A DNA stretch of 24,964 nucleotides from Candidatus Diapherotrites archaeon CG08_land_8_20_14_0_20_30_16 (GTDB taxonomy: Archaea > Iainarchaeota > Iainarchaeia > Iainarchaeales > 0-14-0-20-30-16). The notes under the pieces are model-generated. The model was not told the origin of the DNA. It worked only from the letters and a program-made list of their open reading frames with translations, and made no database searches. Shown in pieces: positions 1-7,398 of this stretch. Location: contig PEXK01000037.1 in NCBI GenBank assembly GCA_002779075.1, positions 1 to 24,964 on the forward strand, given 5' to 3'. The stretch's first letter is position 1. Every line of letters starts with the position of its first letter. Both the position numbers and the translations under genes were made by a program.

Positions 1-155
1 AGATTCTAGGTTATAAAAACGATCCTTTGCCAGGATTTAAGTGGTTAACAATACTAAACATAAAAGTAGATCATAGAACACTGAGAACCTCTAAAAAAAA
101 GACCCCTTTTCAAATTGCTGCAGGCACAGTTTTGTATGAACCTAATGTTGCATAA
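1..155 (+). CDS. 3' end of an unidentified CDS running in from the left window edge
   Basis: The frame starting at nt 3 is stop-free for 50 codons (...GFKWLTILNIKVDHRTLRTSKKKTPFQIAAGTVLYEPNVA) and ends at TAA 153-155. A run that long is unlikely by chance in sequence this AT-rich. No family recognised. Confidence 0.35.
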   Translation, partial: ILGYKNDPLPGFKWLTILNIKVDHRTLRTSKKKTPFQIAAGTVLYEPNVA

Positions 156-214
156 ATAATTTCAGTACGCATTAAAAAGGATATTACAAATATGCTTCAA
201 ATGTTTATAATTCT

Positions 215-1462
215 TCAAAGATTTAACAGCCGTTCTTTAGTTTTCCAAAGAGTATAATATTTAATCGGAATTATTTCTTTGGTATCAAAAAAGAGTTTTG
301 AATTATCTCTTATTATAATAATCTTGTCAACAATGTGCAATTTTTCAAACTCTTTTGAATTAAAAGTTTTTATATCTTTTGTATCAATACTTAATTTATA
401 TTTTACTTCTAATCCCATTCTTTTTTTAGAATCTATTATAAAATCGATTTCTTCATTATCTTTATTCCAAAAATATTCGGCATTTAATTGGAAGGCAACA
501 TCGGTTTCTATAATCTTGCTCATCTCAGAATTTTCTGACATATAACTAATTAAAGATGTGCAAAAAGGGTAAAACTTTCTAGAACTTGATTCAATTTTCC
601 TTGCATTATTTGAAAAGTTATATACTTTTCTAACTATACTGCTATTAATAAGAAAATCAATATAATTGGATATTATCTTTCTATTAGAACCTAAATCTTT
701 GGCCAAATCAGAATAATCAATAATCTGACCAGGATTTCTCAAAACAATGTTGAAAATTTTGTGCAACAAATCTTTGTCAACATTTTCAATGAATTTTTCT
801 GAATCTTCAAATATAACTTTTTTCACTATTGTGTAAATGTATTCTTTTGGCACTAAAATTCTATTTATTGCCAACTCAGGATATTGCCTAGATAAATAAA
901 GGTTATATTCAGAAATAAAAACATCATCAATTTCTGAAGATAATATTTTAGTATTATTAGAAAATAATTCAAATTCTTCAAAAGATAAATAGTTTATAAA
1001 ATATTCAAGAATTCTACCCGCCAAACTTTCTTTTTTGTTTTGTCTTAATGTCGAACCGCTTATTATAATTTTAATGTTTGAATAATTATCATAAATTATT
1101 TTTATTTGTGTCTGCCAATCTTTTATCTTTTGTACTTCATCAAAAAAGAAGTACATTTTTCCATCTCTTAATGATTTACCTCGTAATTGTTCATATTCTT
1201 TTATTACTTTAATAGGTTCCAAATAAAAATCATCAAAAGAGAAATAAAATATATCTTTAGATGAAACCTTTGAATTTAATAAACTATCCATCAGTTGTTT
1301 TATTAAAATCGATTTTCCTACACGTCTTGGACCCTCTAAAGACAAAATTAAATTATTATTTTCTAAATTTGAAACTAACCTAGCAAATATTTTGCGGGTT
1401 AGCAAATAGTTATATTTTTTGCCTTCCCAATGAGGGTTCTGTAAAGTAATGTATTCAAACAT
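215..1462 (-). CDS. AAA+ ATPase of the archaeal COG1373 type (AAA_14 N-domain plus DUF4143-like C-domain)
   Basis: 415-aa ORF with ATG start. Walker A GPRRVGKS and Walker B-like FFFDEVQ. Length and C-terminal layout are typical of this widespread archaeal ATPase family. Confidence 0.8.
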   Translation of the reverse strand: MFEYITLQNPHWEGKKYNYLLTRKIFARLVSNLENNNLILSLEGPRRVGKSILIKQLMDSLLNSKVSSKDIFYFSFDDFYLEPIKVIKEYEQLRGKSLRDGKMYFFFDEVQKIKDWQTQIKIIYDNYSNIKIIISGSTLRQNKKESLAGRILEYFINYLSFEEFELFSNNTKILSSEIDDVFISEYNLYLSRQYPELAINRILVPKEYIYTIVKKVIFEDSEKFIENVDKDLLHKIFNIVLRNPGQIIDYSDLAKDLGSNRKIISNYIDFLINSSIVRKVYNFSNNARKIESSSRKFYPFCTSLISYMSENSEMSKIIETDVAFQLNAEYFWNKDNEEIDFIIDSKKRMGLEVKYKLSIDTKDIKTFNSKEFEKLHIVDKIIIIRDNSKLFFDTKEIIPIKYYTLWKTKERLLNL

Positions 1463-1694
1463 AAATATATATGTGGGCAGATATATTTATAAACTGGTGC
1501 CAAGAAATCGCTTTCGGTGGGTAAATTATTTGCCACAAAAAGGATAATCGTGGCTTATTTAAACAATTATTTAATATTTTTAAAAGATTTAATTCTTTAA
1601 CCCCATTATAAATTTTCATAAGTAATTATCATACGCGTCTTGTACTATACAGAGCATGTATATGTTTAACTCTGTTTTTATGTAGGAATCAAGT

Positions 1695-2258
1695 TCATGT
1701 ATAGATCTTTAATACGTACAAGTCTTCAAAGAATAAATGTTGCTTCTCTATTATTTCAAATCTGAAAGATTTTTTGGCAAGTATTTCTTTTGTTTGTTTT
1801 AAATCATTTTTGTCAGTGTGCAAAAGCAAAGCAAAACCATCTGGTTCTAAATATTTGTTAAATACATCCAAAAACTTATCTATTATTTCTCTTCCTTTCT
1901 TTCCACCATCTAGAGCCAAAAAGTCCAAGTTATCTGAAACTAAATATGGGGGGTTGAAAAAAATAATATCAAATCTCTCTTTTACATCCAGAGATTCAAA
2001 CATATTGCTCTGCAAAAATTTTATGGGTAGTTTTTCCTTTTCAGCTTGTCTTTTTGCATAAGATATTGCTTTATGATTAATATCTATACTAGTAACTTGC
2101 GCTCCCCGTTTTGCGCAATAAATACTCAGGTATCCTGAACCGCAACCTATTTCTAATATTTTTTTATTTTTAAGAACTAGGGGCTTTAAAGCCTGCTCCA
2201 TTAAATAAGTATCTTCTCTTGGTAAATAAACTTCATAAAAATCATGCATTTTGATCAC
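1695..2258 (-). CDS. HemK-related / Mtq2-like N5-glutamine (release factor GGQ) methyltransferase
   Basis: SAM motif I EIGCGSGYLS, catalytic FFNPPY, ALDGGKKGREIIDKF, about 185 aa. This matches the archaeal HemK-related methylase architecture. Start is either GTG at 2258 (overlapping the upstream stop by 1 nt) or ATG at 2249. Confidence 0.8.
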   Translation of the reverse strand: MIKMHDFYEVYLPREDTYLMEQALKPLVLKNKKILEIGCGSGYLSIYCAKRGAQVTSIDINHKAISYAKRQAEKEKLPIKFLQSNMFESLDVKERFDIIFFNPPYLVSDNLDFLALDGGKKGREIIDKFLDVFNKYLEPDGFALLLHTDKNDLKQTKEILAKKSFRFEIIEKQHLFFEDLYVLKIYT

Positions 2259-2596
2259 TAATATTTAAATTTTCTTTCATAATTTTTGTGATCAAACCAT
2301 TCTATAATAATAGATAATATTTCTAATTGTGATCCCTTTATAGTGTATATCAATCTCCATCCACTAGGCAAATCATATTTATATAGTGAATTTATTTTAT
2401 GTTTTTGTACATAGTTTTGGGGCCAAAGTTTGAATGGTATTTTAATTCCAATAAATGGATCCTGTTTCAAATCAGATATGGCCCTAGAGATGAATTTATG
2501 TAATTTCAAATCTTCTGAATTTCCATTTAATAATTCATCATAGGTTTTTTTAATTTTATCATCAACAAATGCAACAATTATTTGCCTATTATTCAA
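2258..2596 (-). CDS. RelE/ParE-superfamily-like toxin (type II TA)
   Basis: 112 aa. C-terminal pattern LYKYDLPSGWRLIYTI...EILSIIIEWFDHKNYERKF resembles the RelE-family core (RhhY strand followed by H..Y). The TTG start overlaps the upstream stop (TTGA) and has GGTGGT 3 nt upstream. Family call is from motif resemblance only. Confidence 0.5.
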   Translation of the reverse strand: MNNRQIIVAFVDDKIKKTYDELLNGNSEDLKLHKFISRAISDLKQDPFIGIKIPFKLWPQNYVQKHKINSLYKYDLPSGWRLIYTIKGSQLEILSIIIEWFDHKNYERKFKY

Positions 2597-2889
2597 GCAA
2601 CCACCAAATGATTTTTATTAGTTAAATACTCTTTAACAGTATTTGGGTCCCAAATCCATACTATTTTATTATCTTTATCTATGTGTATTTTGCCAGAATA
2701 CTCTAAATAATCTAAAATTAAATTAAATGTTTGATACATAGTCTTTTTGGGTAGGCTCTTCCAAAGTTTTGCTTTGGTAGGATATTCTTTTGCTGTTCTT
2801 ATCTTTTTCTCAACCATTAAAACAGTGTCCAATCTAGGATATCTTAATATATTCTCTGGCTTAAACTCAGAAGTTATTTTTCTAACCAT
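2593..2889 (-). CDS. small winged-helix-like protein, putative antitoxin/DNA-binding partner of the RelE-like ORF
   Basis: 98 aa with ATG start and a 4-nt overlap with the downstream toxin-like ORF. The segment KLWKSLPKKTMYQTFNLILDYLEYSGKIHIDKDNKIVW looks like a wHTH recognition helix plus wing. The antitoxin role is inferred from position. Confidence 0.45.
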   Translation of the reverse strand: MVRKITSEFKPENILRYPRLDTVLMVEKKIRTAKEYPTKAKLWKSLPKKTMYQTFNLILDYLEYSGKIHIDKDNKIVWIWDPNTVKEYLTNKNHLVVA

Positions 2890-2926
2890 ATATCAATTGA
2901 TATAACAAAGAGTTTAAGAACACATC

Positions 2927-5011
2927 TTATTTACCGACCAATTTTGCTTTTTCTATTAATAACTCCCCAGTGAATTCGTTTTCCATTTTCACTTTTGATT
3001 TTTCTATTTCTATTTTTTTCCTAAATATGGGGGCGTCTAAAACAAAGGTTTCATATTCTCCGCCTTCTCCGCAAATATTAAACCCATACTTATTTTCCAA
3101 TTGCTTTAATTGCTCCAGTAGGTTTTTGTCTAGGACTTTTCCTAAAAAGTCATTTTGAAGACCTTGAGCAGCTATTTTAGTTATAACCCCTACAATATGA
3201 AGACTAATTAATTCTTTCACTTCCTCATATTGTGATTTATGCCACAAAGGAGAAAATACTTTCAACCCCAATTCATCACTTATCTTTTCTATTCTGTCTC
3301 TTTGATAATTTGAATATAATGCCCCTGTTATAACCCCATTTATATTGTATTTCTTTTTTGCTTTAATTAATGCGCTTTTCAATGCAGACAATTCTTTTTC
3401 TTTTTTGCCTGCTGTTTTGCATTTAATCAAAGGCACACCCAAAGATTTGCTTTGCAAATCAACTAAATGTATTGTCGGTGTGTGATACATATACGAATCT
3501 TTGTTTTTTGAATCTATTGTAATTAAACAAGAAACCTTATAGTTCATATTTTTCATTATATGTAAGGCTAAAACAGAATCTTTACCGCCAGAAAACAAAC
3601 ACGCCAGTTTTTCATTCTCATTCTTTGTTTGCTCAAATAGCTCCCCTATAGTGTTTTTTTTGTGCAGATTTTGATATCTTGTTAATAATTTATCAAAACC
3701 AGAACCATATTGAATCGCTTTTTTAGGCCTTTCTGATAATTCTTTTGAAAGATATTTTGATGCTATGTCTCGCAAAATTATTTTTCTTCTTGTATTATTT
3801 ATTTTATAGCTATCTGGCAAAGAAATTACATAATTACAGAGCTTTTTGTCCAAATACGGAAACCTAGCCTCAATTCCAAAATGCATAAATATAGCATCAT
3901 CTCTATAACAATCAGTATCATATAGTTTTCTTAATTTTGATATACTATCTTTTGTAGGATTATATTCCGATAAAAATCTGTGAAAACCACAAAATAATGA
4001 ATCTGCACCATTGCCTATTAAAACGACTTTTATTTTGTCTTTATTAATTTGTTTTGCCAGGAAATAAAATGGCAATGCAATACTTACTTTAATTGGATCG
4101 CTAGTTTCAATTATCTGCACTATATTTGGTATTGCTTTTATTGCATCATTATCATTAATTGTAATGTAATTTATTTTTATTTTCAATTCTTTTTCCAATT
4201 TTTCTGCAAAGTCCTTATCTATTGATTTTCTTTCTGTGGATATATTGTAAAATGCTATATTCTTGTTGTACTTTTGTGCAATACAGGTCATTAAAGAAGA
4301 ATCAACCCCCCCAGAAACTAATACTGCAATCTTTTTGTCGCTTTTTGACCTCTGTTTAATTGATTCTTCAATTATTTTCTCTGTATGGGTCTTTGCTTTT
4401 TCATAACTGTCTTGTGTTGTTTCATTATTAAAGAATCCCAAGTATTGTTCTTTCAATACAACCTTTTTTGTTTTTGTATTTATATTGATGTTTAATAATA
4501 TTCTTGGATTTAAATCAATTGCCTTTGTTCTAATATTTATAGGCAGAGATTTTCTTTCACTTGAAAAATATAACTGCCCTGTATGAGAATAATACCATAA
4601 AGGTTTTATTCCTAAAATAGCTCTTGATAAATAACCTATTATAGAATTTTGTTGTTTGTAAAAAAAAGCAAATGCAAAATCACCATTTAACATATTTATT
4701 GCCTTGCCCAAATTATTTTTGTATTTTTGTAATAGCAAAAACAATAATTCAGAATCGTTTTTTGCTTTCAATTTCTCTTTTTTTGCTAAATATTCCCAAT
4801 TATAGATTTCTGAATTTGCAACCATTACAGAATCTTTTGAAACTAATGGCTGAGGAACAAATCCTACAATAGACAATAAATTGTGTCCTAATTGCAAATC
4901 ATAAAAATCAATTATTTTTGAACAGTCAGGGCCTCTGTGCTTTAACAGAGAGCTCACTTCTTTAATTATTACTTTTGAATTTGGGCCAAACGCCCCAGAT
5001 ATTCCGCACAT
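2927..5011 (-). CDS. fusion protein: AsnB-type class II glutamine amidotransferase + asparagine-synthase-like PP-loop domain + Dph6-type diphthine-ammonia ligase domain
   Basis: The true start is the ATG giving MCGI (Ntn catalytic Cys2); the track start at 5017 is an upstream TTG. N-terminal part: HRGPD, NSEIYN, GDFAFAF, GIKPLWY. First PP-loop VSGGVDSS at ORF aa 234-241. Second PP-loop FSGGKDS at aa 475-481, followed by GALYSNYQRDRIE, SPLW and GEGGEYETFVLDAPIF, which are typical of the MJ0570/Dph6 family. Confidence 0.8.
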   Translation of the reverse strand: MCGISGAFGPNSKVIIKEVSSLLKHRGPDCSKIIDFYDLQLGHNLLSIVGFVPQPLVSKDSVMVANSEIYNWEYLAKKEKLKAKNDSELLFLLLQKYKNNLGKAINMLNGDFAFAFFYKQQNSIIGYLSRAILGIKPLWYYSHTGQLYFSSERKSLPINIRTKAIDLNPRILLNININTKTKKVVLKEQYLGFFNNETTQDSYEKAKTHTEKIIEESIKQRSKSDKKIAVLVSGGVDSSLMTCIAQKYNKNIAFYNISTERKSIDKDFAEKLEKELKIKINYITINDNDAIKAIPNIVQIIETSDPIKVSIALPFYFLAKQINKDKIKVVLIGNGADSLFCGFHRFLSEYNPTKDSISKLRKLYDTDCYRDDAIFMHFGIEARFPYLDKKLCNYVISLPDSYKINNTRRKIILRDIASKYLSKELSERPKKAIQYGSGFDKLLTRYQNLHKKNTIGELFEQTKNENEKLACLFSGGKDSVLALHIMKNMNYKVSCLITIDSKNKDSYMYHTPTIHLVDLQSKSLGVPLIKCKTAGKKEKELSALKSALIKAKKKYNINGVITGALYSNYQRDRIEKISDELGLKVFSPLWHKSQYEEVKELISLHIVGVITKIAAQGLQNDFLGKVLDKNLLEQLKQLENKYGFNICGEGGEYETFVLDAPIFRKKIEIEKSKVKMENEFTGELLIEKAKLVGK

Positions 5012-5080
5012 ACGCAACCTTTTTTTCTTTTAATAAGAGAGAAAAAGAAAATAAGCAAATAGTGTCAAAAAAGGAAACAC

Positions 5081-5344
5081 TTATTTTATAATTACATTAG
5101 TGCCTATTGCTTGACCAGGCAATCCTTTGCTGAATTTTGCAGTTAATGCTCCGTTATTACCGTGAACATTAGTTATTTTGCCTAAAATCTGCTTTTTGCT
5201 AGAAGTAGTCCAAACAACTCTTTTGCCTATTAAAGCACTGGCTTTTGTTTTGTTATAACCTTCAACGATAATCACATACTGTGTAGGTTTCTGTGTTCTT
5301 GAGCCTAACCTATAATTCTTAATTATACCTATAACCTCTGTCAT
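5081..5344 (-). CDS. rpl35ae: ribosomal protein eL33 (L35Ae)
   Basis: LIGKRVVW...GKITNVHGNNGALTAKFSKGLPGQAIG is the L35Ae signature. I chose the ATG at 5344 (MTEVIG...) because GGAGATG sits 5 nt upstream. The track start at 5398 is a TTG extension with no SD. Confidence 0.85.
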   Translation of the reverse strand: MTEVIGIIKNYRLGSRTQKPTQYVIIVEGYNKTKASALIGKRVVWTTSSKKQILGKITNVHGNNGALTAKFSKGLPGQAIGTNVIIK

Positions 5345-5507
5345 TATAACATCTCCTAAAATATTTCCTTTGTAAATATATTTACTCGAAGTCCTCAAAA
5401 GCTCGCTTCACCAGCGCCATTTCGAGGCCAGCTCCATAATTTAATGTAAATATAATCTAAATAGAATAGTTAGATAATATATATAAGAGGGAAAAGGTTT
5501 AAAAGGG

Positions 5508-5717
5508 CTATTCTTCAAAGAACTTAACTTTATTTTCTTTGTACCAAACTAGATGTTTGTAGCTTTCTATTGTGTCGTCAAACTTTGTTCTTAGCTCATC
5601 AAGTATTTCTTTGAATTGTTCGTAACTTTCTACTTCCAATTCTATTTCTAAATCGTCTCTGTTTGTTGTCTCGTATGCATAAACTATATTTGGGTGCAAT
5701 GAACAATAATCCAACAA
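5508..5717 (-). CDS. Lrp/AsnC-type RAM (ligand-binding) domain fragment, stand-alone or truncated
   Basis: 69 aa. HPNIVYAYETTNRDDLEIELEVESYEQFKEILDELR matches the central beta-beta-alpha of AsnC-family C-terminal domains. No HTH and no first strand are present. TTG start without SD, and an in-frame stop lies 15 nt upstream. Confidence 0.4.
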   Translation of the reverse strand: MLDYCSLHPNIVYAYETTNRDDLEIELEVESYEQFKEILDELRTKFDDTIESYKHLVWYKENKVKFFEE

Positions 5718-5864
5718 TTCTTTTTTTTCTTTTTACATTGATTTAAATATTTTGTTGTGTTTTTCTAATATGAAGAATTCTTAGAAAGCGGTCAGTGAGA
5801 AATAATCGCAATAGTAGTTATTATTGCTACATATTTTATGGGTGTGTTTATTTCTAAGATATTT

Positions 5865-5949
5865 GTGTGATATTTTATGCCTAGTAGTAAATTTCTTATA
5901 GTGGAGAAATTATACAACAAGTCCTAAAATAGGGTGTGATATTTTATGC
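5865..5949 (+). repeat. perfect 16-nt direct repeat GTGTGATATTTTATGC (5865-5880 and 5934-5949); the second copy contains the MFS start codon
   Basis: Read directly from the sequence. A third partial copy, ATATTTTATGGGTGTG, lies at 5831-5846. Each copy carries an ATG. Confidence 0.8.
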
Positions 5950-7352
5950 TTTTGAAAAACATTTCTAAGAAAATACAAAAGAGGGAAGCAATAGAAGAGA
6001 AAAAAGCAAGAGCTACAAGTATAAAAGAAGGAGTTGCATACTCTGTAAGCGAAGGTTTCGGAACAAACTATATTACGCCTTATGCTTTGTCTATTGGTGC
6101 AAATAATGCACAAATAGGAATTTTAAAATCTTTGCCTCAATTAGTTGGTACATTTGCACAGCTTTATACTATAAAAGAAATGTGGAAATACAATAGAAAA
6201 AAAATAGTTTTTATTGGCGTCTTGATTCAAGCAATTCTTTGGCTCGCAATAATATCTGTAGGCACATTATATTTTGTTTTTGGTCTGTACAGCAAAATAA
6301 CGCCTACGTTATTAATTATTGTTTATACTTTGCTTATTGCTTTTGGCACAGCTACAATTCCTGCTTGGAGTTCGTGGATGAAAGATTTAGTACCAGAAAA
6401 GTTAATGGGCAAGTATTTTGGAAATAGAAACAAAATATTAGGATCAGTTGTTTTACTTTCTTTACTTGGTGCAGGATTTGTTTTGGACTATTTCAAACAA
6501 ACTTATTTGTTTTTAGGGTTTGTAATTTTGTTTGGTCTGGCGTTTATTGGAAGATTAATATCTGTATATTATCTAAAAAAACAATATGAGCCTGAGTTTG
6601 AAGTTGAAAGAGAATATTATTTTACTTTTAGACAATTTGTTAAAAAACTACCATATACCAATTTTGGTAAATTCGTAATATTTTATGGTACAATGTTGTT
6701 TGCAACATCTATTGCTGTCCCTTTCTTCGCAGTATATATGTTAACAGATCTGGAATTTAGTTATCTATTATTTACAATTATTTTAATTGTTGGTACAGCC
6801 AGCAGATTATTGTTTATGCCTTTATGGGGCAAATTGAGTGACAAATATGGAAACGTAACAACAATAAAAAATACTGCTAAGATGATTCCTTTTGTTCCGT
6901 TATTGTGGTTTCTTTCGCCTTTAATAATAAAATTAAATCCATCATTAATTTTGCCTTATTTGATTATAGTAGAGGGGTTTTCTGGTTTTTGTTGGGCTGG
7001 TTTTGATCTTTCTGCAAGTAATTTCATATATGCAACAGTATCGAGACAAAAAATGGCCTTGTGTGTTACTTATCATAGCATAATAACAAATGTAGGGGTT
7101 TTTGTTGGCACAATAATTGGTGGAATTATTGCTACGCTTTCAATATCTTTTTGGTGGATTACTCCTTTGCTTTTTGTTTTCCTTTTAAGTTTTGTTCTAC
7201 GTGCAGTGTCCTGTATTTTCTTTTTATCAAAAATTAAAGAAGAAAGAACAGATGTAAAACAATTCAAAATGGAGCTCGAGGCAAAAAAAGAACTGAAAAT
7301 GTTTTCCCCAAAGCACTTGTTACAACATATGCACTTAAGATTTAAACTCTAA
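5946..7352 (+). CDS. MFS-type transporter (about 12 TM)
   Basis: 468 aa with many hydrophobic spans in a 6+6 layout around a central charged loop (KKQYEPEFEVEREYYF). The GKLSDKYG loop motif is MFS-like. Confidence 0.75.
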   Translation: MLLKNISKKIQKREAIEEKKARATSIKEGVAYSVSEGFGTNYITPYALSIGANNAQIGILKSLPQLVGTFAQLYTIKEMWKYNRKKIVFIGVLIQAILWLAIISVGTLYFVFGLYSKITPTLLIIVYTLLIAFGTATIPAWSSWMKDLVPEKLMGKYFGNRNKILGSVVLLSLLGAGFVLDYFKQTYLFLGFVILFGLAFIGRLISVYYLKKQYEPEFEVEREYYFTFRQFVKKLPYTNFGKFVIFYGTMLFATSIAVPFFAVYMLTDLEFSYLLFTIILIVGTASRLLFMPLWGKLSDKYGNVTTIKNTAKMIPFVPLLWFLSPLIIKLNPSLILPYLIIVEGFSGFCWAGFDLSASNFIYATVSRQKMALCVTYHSIITNVGVFVGTIIGGIIATLSISFWWITPLLFVFLLSFVLRAVSCIFFLSKIKEERTDVKQFKMELEAKKELKMFSPKHLLQHMHLRFKL

Positions 7353-7398
7353 TGTATAACACAAACTATATAAAAAGATTGCAATATTTTATTGAAGG

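Noticed and set aside
5345-5398. N-terminal extensions offered by the ORF track: L35Ae from 5398, PCNA from 8912, RPA from 20571, AsnB-like from 5017, AbiEi from 12179, MFS2 from 17846, GNAT from 23335, K-rich from 17906.
   Set aside because: These begin at TTG or GTG codons without an SD, or inside the SD itself. Downstream starts (ATGs, or a TTG for the K-rich gene) have GGTG-type SDs at 4-6 nt and give family-typical N-termini, such as MCGI for the Ntn amidotransferase.
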